This document shows positions 39,305 to 50,091 of a stretch of 64,000 nt of DNA, piece after piece. The translations under genes and the position numbers were made by a program. This DNA is from an uncultured Prolixibacteraceae bacterium (lineage in GTDB: Bacteria > Bacteroidota > Bacteroidia > Bacteroidales > Prolixibacteraceae), in NCBI GenBank assembly GCA_947085485.1, contig CAMTWS010000005.1:5967-69966 (forward strand). The letters run 5' to 3'. The notes under the pieces were generated by a model. It was not told the origin of the DNA, did no database searches, and saw only the letters and a program-made list of their open reading frames with translations. Each line of letters begins with the position of its first letter. Position 1 is the stretch's first letter.

Positions 39305-40525
39305 TTAGAATATGGCAAGCAACAAATCGATGTCTTTTGCCTGAATATTAAAACGATAACCAATCTCCTGGTTGGTGAGTATGCCGTGATAAATATAAAC
39401 TCCTTTCCGAAATCCCTTCGAGGTTTGTATGTAGTTGTTAACGCCCCCGTCGTCGCTAATGGAGAGTAAAACGGGGATTAAAATATTGCTCATTGAAATG
39501 GAAGCTGTGCGGGCCACCAATGCCGGCGAATTTGGAACGCAGTAATGCACTACGCCATGTTTTACAAAGGTTGGGTTATTAAAATCGGTGCATTCCGAAG
39601 TTTCGAAACAACCACCCTGGCTCACATTCAAATCAATAATCACCGAGCCTTCCTTCATCTGTTTCACCAGCTCTTCCGAAACTTTAAATTTCAGAGAGGT
39701 GTTAAACGGCATAGCGCCAATTACTACATCGGCCGAAATCAGCGCTTTCTGTAAGACTTTGGGATAAAAAACCGATGTAAAAATCCGGCGGCCCAGCTTT
39801 TCTTCCAGCTTGCTCAATTCGTAAACCGAGGTATCAAAAACTTTAACAAAAATACCCAGTCCGAGCGCTGCATGGGCTGCATATTCTGCTGCTGTACTTG
39901 TCCCGATAATCACAAGTTCGGCCGGGGTAACTCCGGTAACTTCGCCAAAAAGCACACCTTTGCCGTTGCGCGATTTACTTAAATATTCGCTGGCAATGGT
40001 AATAGAAGTTACACCGGCAATCTGGCTCATTTGATGCACAAATGGCATGAAGCCATCTTCGTTTTCGAGATATTCAAAAGCAATTGCGGTTACTTTTTTT
40101 TGCATCATTTTCTGGATGGTTTCCCTGCAATGTGCATGTGGCTGCATGCTCGAAAGAATCACCTGGTTTCCGCGCAGCAGGTCGATTTCTTCGCTGCTGA
40201 AAGGCGAAATGCGTAAAATAATATCGCACTGAAAGATTTCAGAACTGTTTTCGACTATGGTTGCGCCTACTTCACTGTATGCCTGGTCTGAATAACTGGC
40301 CGATTTTCCGGCGTTGGTTTCGATTAATATTTCGTGTCCGTACGAAACCAGCAAATCAACGGCCTGCGGCGTAAGTGGAACGCGGTATTCAATTTTGGAA
40401 AAATCAGAAGGGATGCCGATTTTTATTTTCTGTCCTCTTTTCTTCACTTCCAGCATCTCTTCCTGCGGCATGAGCATTGTTTTCGAAATCAGATGATTCT
40501 CTTTTGATTTTTCCTGTGATGTCAT
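39305..40525 (-). CDS. ald: Alanine dehydrogenase (Bacteroidota type)
   Basis: KIGIP, EYRVPLTP, MSQIAG, GKGVLFG, SQGGCFETS, HYCVPN; adjacent to tsaE. Confidence 0.82.
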   Translation of the reverse strand: MTSQEKSKENHLISKTMLMPQEEMLEVKKRGQKIKIGIPSDFSKIEYRVPLTPQAVDLLVSYGHEILIETNAGKSASYSDQAYSEVGATIVENSSEIFQCDIILRISPFSSEEIDLLRGNQVILSSMQPHAHCRETIQKMMQKKVTAIAFEYLENEDGFMPFVHQMSQIAGVTSITIASEYLSKSRNGKGVLFGEVTGVTPAELVIIGTSTAAEYAAHAALGLGIFVKVFDTSVYELSKLEEKLGRRIFTSVFYPKVLQKALISADVVIGAMPFNTSLKFKVSEELVKQMKEGSVIIDLNVSQGGCFETSECTDFNNPTFVKHGVVHYCVPNSPALVARTASISMSNILIPVLLSISDDGGVNNYIQTSKGFRKGVYIYHGILTNQEIGYRFNIQAKDIDLLLAIF

Positions 40526-40670
40526 TTTTTCCTATTGATTTATTCCTGGTTTTATATCGTTTTAAACGGTCAACAAGTTACATTCAAAAGCGGAATTTTC
40601 AAAATGACCGAAATTGAGTTGAAATAATCAGGTTCAGTAACGAAAACAGAAGGTTTTTCTGAAATCGGCC

Positions 40671-41093
40671 TCAAACTATCTCAGCCGAAATATGGCGGGT
40701 TCCATCACCGGCAACTTCGATTTTTACTTTTACTATATTTTCAGGGAGCAATGGTTCAATCATTTCCGGCCATTCAATCAGGCAGTAATTTCCGCTGTAA
40801 AAATAGTCCTCATATCCCAAATCAAATGCTTCCTCAATATGGTTGATGCGATAAAAATCGAAATGAAAAACCGATTGCTGCTTGCTGGTTTTATATTCGT
40901 TGATTAATGCAAAAGTTGGGCTTGTAACATTATCGTCAGACCCCAGCGTTTTACAAACCGATTGAATGAATGTGGTTTTACCGGCGCCCATATTTCCGTA
41001 AAAGGCAAAAATACGGTAACTGGAGAATTGGTTAATTAAGTTCTTTGCAACTCTGTTCAATTCCTTTATATGACCTGCTTTTTCGGAAAACAT
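40671..41093 (-). CDS. tsaE: tRNA threonylcarbamoyladenosine biosynthesis ATPase TsaE
   Basis: GNMGAGKTT, VTSPTFALINEY, HFDFYRI, LIEWPE. Confidence 0.95.
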   Translation of the reverse strand: MFSEKAGHIKELNRVAKNLINQFSSYRIFAFYGNMGAGKTTFIQSVCKTLGSDDNVTSPTFALINEYKTSKQQSVFHFDFYRINHIEEAFDLGYEDYFYSGNYCLIEWPEMIEPLLPENIVKVKIEVAGDGTRHISAEIV

Positions 41094-41250
41094 TTTTCTG
41101 ATTAGTTTTTACAATTATACAAAATGGGAACCATTTATTTTAGGGTAAACATGACAAATAATGTAAACAAATTTTGAATTGGCTGATTTTTATGGCTGTT
41201 TCTTTCAGTAAAAAATATTATTTTTGGGCACAACTTAAAGAATCTTTGAT

Positions 41251-41631
41251 ATGAATATTCCTGCAGGATTAAAATATACGCAAGATCACGAGTGGGTTCG
41301 CGTAGAAGGTGATGTAGTTTTTATTGGAGTAACCGATTTTGCCCAGGGCGAGCTGGGCGATGTGGTTTTTGTTGAAATTGAAACCGAAGGGGAACACCTG
41401 GGAAAAGGCGATACTTTTGGTACTGTTGAAGCTGTTAAAACTGTTTCAGATCTGTTTATGCCCGTAGGGGGCCAGGTAATTGAAGTTAATCAGGCGCTTG
41501 CCGACGAGCCCGAACTGATAAACAAAGATCCGTACAATGCCGGATGGATGATAAAGATAATTTTGGCCGATCCTTCGGAACTTGACGAACTGCTTTCTGC
41601 TGATGACTATCAAAAAATGATTGAATCGTAA
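41251..41631 (+). CDS. gcvH: Glycine cleavage system H protein
   Basis: HEWV, GVTDFAQGELGDVVFVE, VEAVKTVSD lipoyl site, DPYNAGW; TATTTTTG promoter at 41219-41226. Confidence 0.96.
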   Translation: MNIPAGLKYTQDHEWVRVEGDVVFIGVTDFAQGELGDVVFVEIETEGEHLGKGDTFGTVEAVKTVSDLFMPVGGQVIEVNQALADEPELINKDPYNAGWMIKIILADPSELDELLSADDYQKMIES

Positions 41632-41654
41632 TTGTTTCAAAACTAAAATATTGA

Positions 41655-41686
41655 AGTGGCTCCGCATTTTGCGGGGCTATTTTTTT
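41655..41686 (+). terminator. Intrinsic terminator of gcvH
   Basis: gtggctccgca-ttt-tgcggggctat followed by a T run. Confidence 0.75.
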
Positions 41687-41801
41687 GTCCAAAAGGTTGT
41701 TGAAATATCTGTATTTTCCCGGCTGATAATCGGTACAAGAACCATCCCCAGCTAAAGCTGACCCCCCCTTTGAAGAAGAAGGATGGGAAATTTTCCAGGT
41801 C

Positions 41802-43844
41802 CTATTTCAGCCCGCTTCTCCCAAGTAATGCATCAACCGTGGGTTCCTGGCCCCGAAAACGTTTGTACAGAACCATCGGGTGCTCGGTGCCCCCTTTTTC
41901 GAGAATATTTTCACGGAACGATTTGGCAACTTCTTTGTTAAAAAGTCCTTTTTCTTTGAAAATACTAAAAGCGTCGGCATCCAGCACTTCGGCCCATTTG
42001 TAGCTGTAATAGCCGGCGGCGTAACCTCCGGCAAAGAGGTGCCCAAACTGGGTACTCATGCAAACCCCGGGAATTTCGGGGAAAATCCGCGTTTTTTCCC
42101 AGGCATTTTCTTCAAACTCTTTCACATTGCCTTCGAAAGGTTTTTCAATCGTGTGCCATGCCATATCGAGATAACCAAAACTCAACTGGCGAATTGATAA
42201 GTATCCGGCAAGGTAATTTTGTGAATCAACAATTTTTTTCACCAGTTCGGCAGGAATTTTTTCCCCGGTTTTATAATGAACAGCAAAACGGTCGAGGAAT
42301 TCTTTTTCAACCGCCCAGTTTTCCATAATTTGCGATGGAAGCTCTACAAAATCGCGGTAAACATTGGTCCCCGACAAACCTGAATAAGTTGAATTGGCCA
42401 GCATTCCGTGCAATGCATGGCCAAATTCGTGCATTAGCGTTTCCACTTCATCGAAAGTTAAAAGCGCAGGTTTGGTTTCGGTTGGGCGGGTAAAATTCAT
42501 TACAATGGTAATATGCGGCCTCGAATCGGTGCCGTTTTCTTTCCATTGTCCCTTAAAATCGTTCATCCAGGCGCCGCCCTGTTTTCCGGGGCGTGGATGA
42601 AAATCGGTGTAAAGGACTGATAAAAACTTCCCGTCGGCATCAAAAACTTCATACGGAACAACTTCTTCGTTATAGACCGGAATATTTTTGTTTTGTTTAA
42701 ATGTTATTCCGTAAAGCCCGGTTGCCAGGCCAAAAACTCCGTCGATAACTTTATTTAATTCGAAGTAGGGTTTCAGCATTTCGTCGTTCAAATCAAATTT
42801 TTCAACTTTCAGTTTTTCAGTGTAATAGGTCCAGTCCCATGGCATTATTTCACCATCGAAACCATTTCTTTTGGCATAATCCTGTGTTTCGGTTTTTTCC
42901 TGATTAGCCTTGTTAAATGAAGCTTCATATAAATCGTCGAGAAGTTTGTAAACACCGGCCGGATTGGTTGCCATTCTGCGTTCCAAAGCATAAACAGCAT
43001 AATTTTCGTAACCCAGCAATTTGGTCATTTCCAAACGCAATGCTGCAATTTTCTTTACGTTTTCCCGGTTATCAAATTCGTTGCCTTTAAAAGCTTTCGA
43101 ACTAAATGCAAAATTCATTTCTTTGCGAAGCTCCCTATTATCGGCATATTTCATAAATGGCAGATAACTCGGCATATTCAGGTTGAATAACCAACCTTCC
43201 TTTTCTTTCGACTTTGCCAATCCTTCAGCAGATTCCAAAGCGCCTTCCGGCAATCCGGTCAACTTACTTTTATCGGTAATGTGCAACTCGTAGCTATTGG
43301 TTTCTTTCAGCACATTTTCATTAAATGTTAATGATAGTTTTGAAAGTCCGGTACTGATTTCCCTAAACTTTTCTTTTTGTTTATCAGAAAGATTTGCGCC
43401 CTGACGAATAAAATTAACATACGAATTTTCGAGCAGGGTTTTTTGTTCTTCGTTTAAATTAAGTTTATCTTTTTGAGCATAAACGGCTTTTACTTTCTCG
43501 AAAAGTGCCGGATTTAAACTAACATCATTTTGAAATTTGGTAAGCATTGGAGATACTTCCTGGGCAATTTTTTGTAATTCATCGTTTGTTTCCGAACTCA
43601 TCAGGTTGAAAAATATGCCAGCCGTACGATTCAGTAATCGTCCCGAATTATCAAGAGCTACAACTGTGTTTTCAAAAGTTGTGACAGCTGAGCTTTTTAC
43701 AATTGCCTCAATTTCGGTTTCTCCCTGTTTTATAGATTCCTGAAATGCCGGGATAAAATGTTCATTCTTTATTTCATTAAAAGGAGCCGTTTGATGCGGT
43801 GTTTTAAACTCACCCAAAAGGGGGTTGTTTTGTGCATTTATCAT
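41802..43844 (-). CDS. dcp: M3 family metallopeptidase (peptidyl-dipeptidase Dcp-like)
   Basis: GKQGGAWM, HEFGHALH, DFVELPSQ, GYAAGYYSYKWAEVLDAD. Confidence 0.9.
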   Translation of the reverse strand: MINAQNNPLLGEFKTPHQTAPFNEIKNEHFIPAFQESIKQGETEIEAIVKSSAVTTFENTVVALDNSGRLLNRTAGIFFNLMSSETNDELQKIAQEVSPMLTKFQNDVSLNPALFEKVKAVYAQKDKLNLNEEQKTLLENSYVNFIRQGANLSDKQKEKFREISTGLSKLSLTFNENVLKETNSYELHITDKSKLTGLPEGALESAEGLAKSKEKEGWLFNLNMPSYLPFMKYADNRELRKEMNFAFSSKAFKGNEFDNRENVKKIAALRLEMTKLLGYENYAVYALERRMATNPAGVYKLLDDLYEASFNKANQEKTETQDYAKRNGFDGEIMPWDWTYYTEKLKVEKFDLNDEMLKPYFELNKVIDGVFGLATGLYGITFKQNKNIPVYNEEVVPYEVFDADGKFLSVLYTDFHPRPGKQGGAWMNDFKGQWKENGTDSRPHITIVMNFTRPTETKPALLTFDEVETLMHEFGHALHGMLANSTYSGLSGTNVYRDFVELPSQIMENWAVEKEFLDRFAVHYKTGEKIPAELVKKIVDSQNYLAGYLSIRQLSFGYLDMAWHTIEKPFEGNVKEFEENAWEKTRIFPEIPGVCMSTQFGHLFAGGYAAGYYSYKWAEVLDADAFSIFKEKGLFNKEVAKSFRENILEKGGTEHPMVLYKRFRGQEPTVDALLGRSGLK

Positions 43845-43853
43845 TTATTGAAA

Positions 43854-44426
43854 CTATTTTTTCTTTTTTCTTTCGACCGACCAGCCAAATTTTCCGATTT
43901 TTTTACCCAACCCAAAATAATGACCGTGGCTGTAAACCAGTGGATTGGCTTTGGCAAAACTAAATGCCTGTTCATGGTTTAAAAATTCGTCGTCAACCGA
44001 AACGCTCACCACATCGGAAACAAACATGTGATGCGAACCCAGTTCGACAATATTTTTAACCTTACATTCAATGTTTACAGGCGATTCGAGAATTATTGGG
44101 GCTTTTACAATTTTTGCGCGAGCCGGGGTAAGATCCATCATTTTCCATTTGTTGTATTTTCTGCCCGAGTTGCAACCACACCAGTCGGTAGCTTGTGCCA
44201 GCTTTTCGGTGGTAAGGTTGATAACAAACTCGCCGGTGCGCTTAATAATTTCGTAAGAATGCCGCCCGGGACGGACCGAAATATAACACATAGGCGGATC
44301 GCTGTTGATGGTGCCCGTCCAAGCAATAGTTAAAATATTATATTCTTCAGGATTTTCGCCACAACTTACCATTACTGCCGGAAGCGGGTAAATTATTGTT
44401 CCGGGTTTCCAATACGTTTTTGCCAT
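43854..44426 (-). CDS. Flavin reductase family protein (DIM6/NTAB)
   Basis: Start MAKTYWKPG; PLPAVMVSCG, AWTG, GEFVINL, ESPVNIEC, LGSHHMF. Confidence 0.88.
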   Translation of the reverse strand: MAKTYWKPGTIIYPLPAVMVSCGENPEEYNILTIAWTGTINSDPPMCYISVRPGRHSYEIIKRTGEFVINLTTEKLAQATDWCGCNSGRKYNKWKMMDLTPARAKIVKAPIILESPVNIECKVKNIVELGSHHMFVSDVVSVSVDDEFLNHEQAFSFAKANPLVYSHGHYFGLGKKIGKFGWSVERKKKK

Positions 44427-44437
44427 TATTTTAGAGT

Positions 44438-46297
44438 TTAATCTATCGGGTCTTTCCAATCACCATTTTCGCGAATAAGCTGCTCCAATTCTTCAACTGC
44501 ATTTTCAAAAGGAATGTGGCGTTTTACCGGTTGCAATCCCTTATATAAATTAACTTTGTTGAGGCCTGTTCCCACAAAACCATAATCAACATCGCCCATT
44601 TCGCCGGGACCATTTACCACGCATCCCATAATTCCAATTTTCAGGTGCTCGAGATGTTTAAAATGTTGTTTAATTTTAAGTGTAGTTTCCTGGAGATTAA
44701 AAAGTGTGCGTCCGCAACCCGGGCACGAAATAAATTCGGTTTTTGAAACCCGCATCCGGCTGGCCTGTAAAATCCCAAAACTGAGATCTTTCAGTTCGGT
44801 AAATGTAATGTTCTCATGATCGTTCGATAAGCAAATCCCATCGCCATAACCATCGAGGAACAATGCGCCCAGATCGGCAGATGCTTTTATCTGCAAATCT
44901 TCAAGTTCGCTCTCGTTATACCTGCGGTAAATAATTACCGGGACTTTCCAGATGTGAGTTTCCAGGGCCATAAAGAATGCCCTGAGTTCTGCCATCGGAT
45001 TCTTGTTAAAACTTTCGAGAATAAGTACTGTTTTGCGGGTCTGTTTCAGCTTTGTAATAATTTCGGGGTGCATATTCATAAAACGGTCGAACTCCATTTT
45101 ATCGGTGCGAATAAACTTCATCCTCCCCCAGCGGGTACTTTCAAAAAGATATTCTTCCAACGAAATTATCGGAAAATCTTCGCCTTTGACGTCTAAAATC
45201 TTATTACCCGAAAGAAAATAGTCGGGTATCAATTTCCCTCGAATTGGGATCATTTCGCTTAAACTGCGATCTCCCAAATCGGCAATAACAACCGGTAGTT
45301 GCTTGTCGCCCATGTTTAATACCGGGCGGGTTGAACGGCGCTCGTATTCAAACGGATTGGTCTGTCCGGTCATTGGCGCAGTAATTGGCTGGTGATTTTC
45401 GTAGGTTTTAAAATGGTTCACCAGTTTTATCGCCACCGGAATTTCTTTTATCGGATTTTCGGTTAACGAAACCCTCACTGTATCGCCAATTCCATCGGCA
45501 AGCAAAGCTCCAATTCCGACGGCCGATTTTATTCTTCCGTCTTCGCCTTCACCTGCTTCGGTAACCCCCAGGTGAAAGGGATATTTCATGTCTTCGAGCC
45601 GCATTTTGTAATTCAAATAGCGCACGGCATAAAGCATAACACGGGTATTGCTAGATTTAATGGAAACCACCACATTTGTGAAATTCACTTTTTGGCAAAT
45701 CCTAAGAAACTCCATTACCGATTCGGCAATTCCAGTGGGCGTATCGCCATAACGGCTCATTACCCTGTCGGAGAGTGAGCCATGATTGGCGCCAATCCTC
45801 ATGGCAGTTTTTGTCTCTTCTAGTATTTCAAGAAAAGGGATAAACTGTTCTTCAATTTTTATAAGCTCTTGTTTATACTCATCATCGGAATAGAGTTTGT
45901 TTTTGAATTGAGCACGTTTATCGTAGAAATTCCCGGGATTTATCCTGACCTTAGAAATACTTTTTGCCGCAATTTCTGCCAGTTTCGGATTAAAATGAAT
46001 ATCGCCGATAAGTGGCGTATTATAACCCCTTGCAACAAGTTCGCGTTTAATGTTTTTCAGGTTCTCGGCATCGCTAAGCCCTTTTACTGTAACGCGGACA
46101 TAATCGGCGCCGGCTTTAATCACCCGAACCAACTGCTCAACAGTCGCGTCGGTATCCTTCGAATCGGTATCAGTCATGGTCTGAATCCGGATTGGGTTGT
46201 TTCCTCCCATCGGCACACCTCCAATGTTCACTTCCCAGGTTTTCTGGCGTTCGTATTTAGTTAAATCCTCTATATAATTAAAATGACGATCTTTCAT
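44438..46297 (-). CDS. ispG: 4-hydroxy-3-methylbut-2-en-1-yl diphosphate synthase (long form)
   Basis: PIRIQTM, DIHF, RINPGN, RIGANHGSLS, HLGVTEAG, SCPGCGRT, MGCVVNGPGEM. Confidence 0.96.
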   Translation of the reverse strand: MKDRHFNYIEDLTKYERQKTWEVNIGGVPMGGNNPIRIQTMTDTDSKDTDATVEQLVRVIKAGADYVRVTVKGLSDAENLKNIKRELVARGYNTPLIGDIHFNPKLAEIAAKSISKVRINPGNFYDKRAQFKNKLYSDDEYKQELIKIEEQFIPFLEILEETKTAMRIGANHGSLSDRVMSRYGDTPTGIAESVMEFLRICQKVNFTNVVVSIKSSNTRVMLYAVRYLNYKMRLEDMKYPFHLGVTEAGEGEDGRIKSAVGIGALLADGIGDTVRVSLTENPIKEIPVAIKLVNHFKTYENHQPITAPMTGQTNPFEYERRSTRPVLNMGDKQLPVVIADLGDRSLSEMIPIRGKLIPDYFLSGNKILDVKGEDFPIISLEEYLFESTRWGRMKFIRTDKMEFDRFMNMHPEIITKLKQTRKTVLILESFNKNPMAELRAFFMALETHIWKVPVIIYRRYNESELEDLQIKASADLGALFLDGYGDGICLSNDHENITFTELKDLSFGILQASRMRVSKTEFISCPGCGRTLFNLQETTLKIKQHFKHLEHLKIGIMGCVVNGPGEMGDVDYGFVGTGLNKVNLYKGLQPVKRHIPFENAVEELEQLIRENGDWKDPID

Positions 46298-46387
46298 TTT
46301 GTTAACTTTCTTTTGCTGAAGTGCAAATTTAGTTTAATGCTTTTAATATAAAAAGAATAGACTATTTTTGTTTTCGAATATAAATGC

Positions 46388-47296
46388 ATGAGCGTAGAAA
46401 CGAGACACATAACGAAATTATTTGGAAAGCAAAAGGCCCTTGATGAGGTAAGTTTTTCAATAAAAAAAGGTGAATTAGTCGGTTTTTTAGGTCCGAACGG
46501 CGCGGGAAAATCTACGATGATGAAAATTATCACCGGCTTTATGCCTTCCGATTCGGGCGAAGTGGTTGTTAACGGACAAAAAATAGTTTCGAAAAATCTT
46601 GAAATCAGAAAAAATATAGGCTATCTGCCCGAACATAACCCACTCTACACCGATTTGTATGTGAAAGAGTTTTTGGAAATAACAGCCGGGTTTTACAAAC
46701 TGAGAAACACAAAACAGCGCGTTGCCGAAATGGTCGAACTGACCGGGCTTGGCGACGAACAGCACAAAAAAATACGGGCGCTCTCGAAAGGGTACAGGCA
46801 ACGGGTAGGACTGGCACAGGCGCTTATTCACGATCCTTCGGTACTCATTTTAGACGAACCTACAACAGGGCTCGACCCCAACCAGTTGGAAGAAATCAGA
46901 CATTTAATACGCGAAATCAGCCGCGAAAAAACTGTAATGCTTTCGTCGCACATTATGCAGGAAGTTGAAGCCGTTTGTAACCGGGTAATAATTATCAATA
47001 AAGGGAAAATTGTTGCCGATGGCGGAATTGATGAAATAAAATCAGGCAAAATAAACCGTAACCAGGTAATTGTTGCTGAATTTTCGGCGCCAGTAAACCT
47101 GGAAAAATTGTTGAGGGTTGAAGGAGTTAAAAGCGCTGCCCTGGACCGAAATCTGTGGGAAATTGAATCAAAAGGTGTGCAGGATATCAGGCCGGCTATT
47201 TTTCAGTTTGCTGTTCAGAATAATTTAAACCTGATAACACTGCATGAAAAACAACAGAATTTGGAGAATGTTTTTCGCCAACTCACCCAATTTTAA
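46388..47296 (+). CDS. gldA: ABC transporter ATP-binding protein, GldA-like
   Basis: GPNGAGKST, GYLPEHNPLY, LSKGYRQRVGLAQA, DEPTTGLDPNQ, SSHIMQEVEAVC. Confidence 0.82.
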   Translation: MSVETRHITKLFGKQKALDEVSFSIKKGELVGFLGPNGAGKSTMMKIITGFMPSDSGEVVVNGQKIVSKNLEIRKNIGYLPEHNPLYTDLYVKEFLEITAGFYKLRNTKQRVAEMVELTGLGDEQHKKIRALSKGYRQRVGLAQALIHDPSVLILDEPTTGLDPNQLEEIRHLIREISREKTVMLSSHIMQEVEAVCNRVIIINKGKIVADGGIDEIKSGKINRNQVIVAEFSAPVNLEKLLRVEGVKSAALDRNLWEIESKGVQDIRPAIFQFAVQNNLNLITLHEKQQNLENVFRQLTQF

Positions 47297-47337
47297 AATA
47301 ATTCAAAAAACTCTTTTTTTATTCAAAATAAGAATTG

Positions 47338-47345
47338 TATTTTTG
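47338..47345 (+). promoter_or_regulatory. Bacteroidota -7 promoter for metK
   Basis: TATTTTTG immediately upstream of the riboswitch. Confidence 0.65.
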
Positions 47346-47351
47346 TGCCAC

Positions 47352-47405
47352 TACGTGGAAAGATTTGAGATTGATTGCAACCACATGAAAAAAACGCTAA
47401 AACAA
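47352..47405 (+). ncRNA. SAM-II class riboswitch aptamer
   Basis: cGUGG-aaa-GAUUUG-agauuga-UUGC-aa-CCAC-augaaaaaaac-GCUAAA matches the SAM-II pseudoknot consensus; 5' of metK and just after a -7 promoter. Confidence 0.82.
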
Positions 47406-47495
47406 TCGCATTTTTCAGTATCAATCGAGCATCCCGCAGTTTTATCATTTAATGTTTAACGCGCTGAATCCGTTCAGCAAAAAAATTATGGGATT

Positions 47496-48785
47496 ATGAG
47501 TTATTTATTTACAAGCGAGTCGGTTTCAGAGGGACACCCCGATAAAGTTGCCGACCAGATTTCAGATGCAATTCTGGACAAAATTTTAGCCTTCGACCCA
47601 AATTCGAAGGTGGCTTGCGAAACTTTGGTTACCACCGGACAAGTAGTTTTGGCCGGTGAGATTAAAACCGAAACTTACATCGATGTGCAGGAAGTTGCAC
47701 GCGAAGTGATTAACCGTATCGGCTACACCAAAGCTGAATACCGTTTCGACGGCGATTCGTGCGGCGTGTTTTCGGCTATTCACGAACAAAGCCCCGACAT
47801 TAACCGGGGTGTGGTTCGCGAAGACCCCATGGACCAGGGCGCCGGCGACCAGGGAATGATGTTTGGCTATGCCTGTAGCGAAACCGATAATTACATGCCG
47901 CTTTCGCTCGAACTTTCGCACAAACTGCTGCTCGAACTGGCTGCAATTCGCCGCGAAGGAAAAGTGATGACTTACCTCCGCCCCGATTCAAAATCGCAGG
48001 TAACCATCGAATACAGTGAAGAGGATGTTCCAACCCGTGTCGATACGATTGTGGTTTCGACACAGCACGATGATTTTGCCAAACCCGAAAACAACACGGT
48101 TGAAGCTCAATTGAAAGCTGACGAAATAATGTTGGCAAAAATCAAAGAGGATGTCATAAATATCCTTGTTCCGCGTGTTTTGACTACTTTGCCCGACCGT
48201 GTGAAAGCGCTTTTCGGTGACGACATTACCTATCATGTAAATCCCACCGGCAAATTTGTAATCGGCGGGCCACATGGCGATACCGGGTTGACCGGCCGTA
48301 AAATTATTGTCGATACCTACGGCGGAAAAGGCGCCCATGGCGGTGGCGCTTTTTCGGGCAAAGACCCATCGAAAGTTGACCGCTCGGCCGCTTATGCAGC
48401 CCGTCACATTGCCAAAAACTTAGTTGCCGCAGGCGTTTCAGACGAAGTGCTTGTGCAGGTTTCGTATGCCATTGGCGTAGCAAAACCAATGAATATTTTT
48501 GTAAACACCTACGGAAAATCGAAAGTAAACATGCCCGACAGTAAAGTTGCCGAAATGGTTGACAAGTTATTTGACATGCGCCCAAAAGCCGTTGAAGAAA
48601 GACTGAAACTTCGCAACCCGATTTACGAGGAAACTGCAGCCTACGGCCACATGGGACGCGAACCTCAAAAAGTGGTAAAAACTTTTGTTTCTCCCTATTT
48701 CCCGGCAGTTAAAAAAGAGGTTGAACTGTTTACCTGGGAAAAACTCGATTATGTAACAACAATTAAAAAAGCCTTCGGAATTTAA
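47496..48785 (+). CDS. metK: S-adenosylmethionine synthetase
   Basis: [41 protein letters not shown]. Confidence 0.98.
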   Translation: MSYLFTSESVSEGHPDKVADQISDAILDKILAFDPNSKVACETLVTTGQVVLAGEIKTETYIDVQEVAREVINRIGYTKAEYRFDGDSCGVFSAIHEQSPDINRGVVREDPMDQGAGDQGMMFGYACSETDNYMPLSLELSHKLLLELAAIRREGKVMTYLRPDSKSQVTIEYSEEDVPTRVDTIVVSTQHDDFAKPENNTVEAQLKADEIMLAKIKEDVINILVPRVLTTLPDRVKALFGDDITYHVNPTGKFVIGGPHGDTGLTGRKIIVDTYGGKGAHGGGAFSGKDPSKVDRSAAYAARHIAKNLVAAGVSDEVLVQVSYAIGVAKPMNIFVNTYGKSKVNMPDSKVAEMVDKLFDMRPKAVEERLKLRNPIYEETAAYGHMGREPQKVVKTFVSPYFPAVKKEVELFTWEKLDYVTTIKKAFGI

Positions 48786-48813
48786 TTCCGGAGGAATTAT
48801 TAATAATACACCT

Positions 48814-48847
48814 AAAGGGCGATGCAATTTTGTATCGCCCTTTTTTT
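48814..48847 (+). terminator. Intrinsic terminator of metK
   Basis: aaagggcgatgca-attt-tgtatcgccc followed by T7. Confidence 0.85.
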
Positions 48848-48926
48848 ATCATAAATTTATGAAACCTATTTTTGCGAAGCCCGAATAAATGCAATAGAAA
48901 CAGTGTTCATCTTAAAACATTACGCC

Positions 48927-50036
48927 ATGGAAGAAAATTTAATTACCATAGTCACACTGCCCTATTCCAAAGCACAAATTTTAAAAATGCGTTTAGAGGC
49001 AGAAAATATTGATTGCGATCTCGAAGACATTAATTTAATTGAAGGTTCTGTAGTGTCAACTGTTCGCGTAAAAATTCTGGAAAAGGATATTGAAAAGGCA
49101 ATACCTGTTTTGGAAGATATGCTTGGCGTTAAACCATTTATGGAAGAATCGAAATCAGATAAAAAAGAACGCCATATTTTAGTCCCGGTTGATTTTTCGG
49201 CACACTGCGAAAAAGCATGTAAAATGGCAGTAAACCTTGCGGGACAAATTCATTCAAAACTCATGCTGATGCATTGTTACATTAATCCGGTAATCCATTC
49301 GATTCCGTTTAGCGACATTTATGCTTACGACTCTTCATTGCTCGCTAAAATGGAGTATTCGGAAGAAAATGCAAATAAGGAATTCCAAAAGTTTGTAACC
49401 AAAATGGCTAAAGACATCGGTCAGGACAAATGGAAATCGGTATCTCCTGAATATATTATCAAATCGGGTTATCCTGATGAGGATATTCTGGCATTTGCAC
49501 AGAAATACCATTCGCAACTGATAGTAATGGGAAGTGGCGGAAGCAATGCCCCTTACGGAACGCTGGGCAGTATTGCCGCCGATATAATGTACAATTCAAC
49601 TGTGCCTGTAATGATAGTTCCGGAAGATACGCCCGAAGAAACGCTGAATAATTTTTCGAATGTATTGTACGCCACCAATTTCGATGAGAAAGATTTTGCT
49701 TCACTCGACAAACTAATGCAGTTGCTGAAACCTTATAATATTAAATTGAAATGTGTCCATGTTGGCCAACCACAGGGAGATGGCTGGGATATGGCGCGGC
49801 TGGAAGGTATGAAAGACGTTCTACACGAAAAATATAAAGGTTTTGAATTTGAATGCCGTTTAATAGTTGGAACTGACGTTTTAGAATCGCTTGAAAAATA
49901 CATTCAGAATGAGAATGTCGATATTATTTCGTTAACGACACACAAACGAAATATGATTACACGGTTGTTTAATCCGAGCCTTGCAAAACGAATGATTTTT
50001 CATACACACACACCTCTTTTGGTTTTTCATGGGTAA
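48927..50036 (+). CDS. Universal stress protein (two USP domains) with an N-terminal DUF2007-like domain
   Basis: ILVPVDFS, LIVMGS...LGSIA...VPVMIVP, VLYATNF, TPLLVF. Confidence 0.85.
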   Translation: MEENLITIVTLPYSKAQILKMRLEAENIDCDLEDINLIEGSVVSTVRVKILEKDIEKAIPVLEDMLGVKPFMEESKSDKKERHILVPVDFSAHCEKACKMAVNLAGQIHSKLMLMHCYINPVIHSIPFSDIYAYDSSLLAKMEYSEENANKEFQKFVTKMAKDIGQDKWKSVSPEYIIKSGYPDEDILAFAQKYHSQLIVMGSGGSNAPYGTLGSIAADIMYNSTVPVMIVPEDTPEETLNNFSNVLYATNFDEKDFASLDKLMQLLKPYNIKLKCVHVGQPQGDGWDMARLEGMKDVLHEKYKGFEFECRLIVGTDVLESLEKYIQNENVDIISLTTHKRNMITRLFNPSLAKRMIFHTHTPLLVFHG

Positions 50037-50091
50037 AAGAAGCCCCTCTTAATCTCCCCGCAGGGGATAGATAAGAACAACTGTAATTTTT

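Noticed and set aside
44438..46297. IspG much longer than the E. coli enzyme
   Set aside because: The long three-domain IspG form is already known in Bacteroidota, Chlamydiae and plants.
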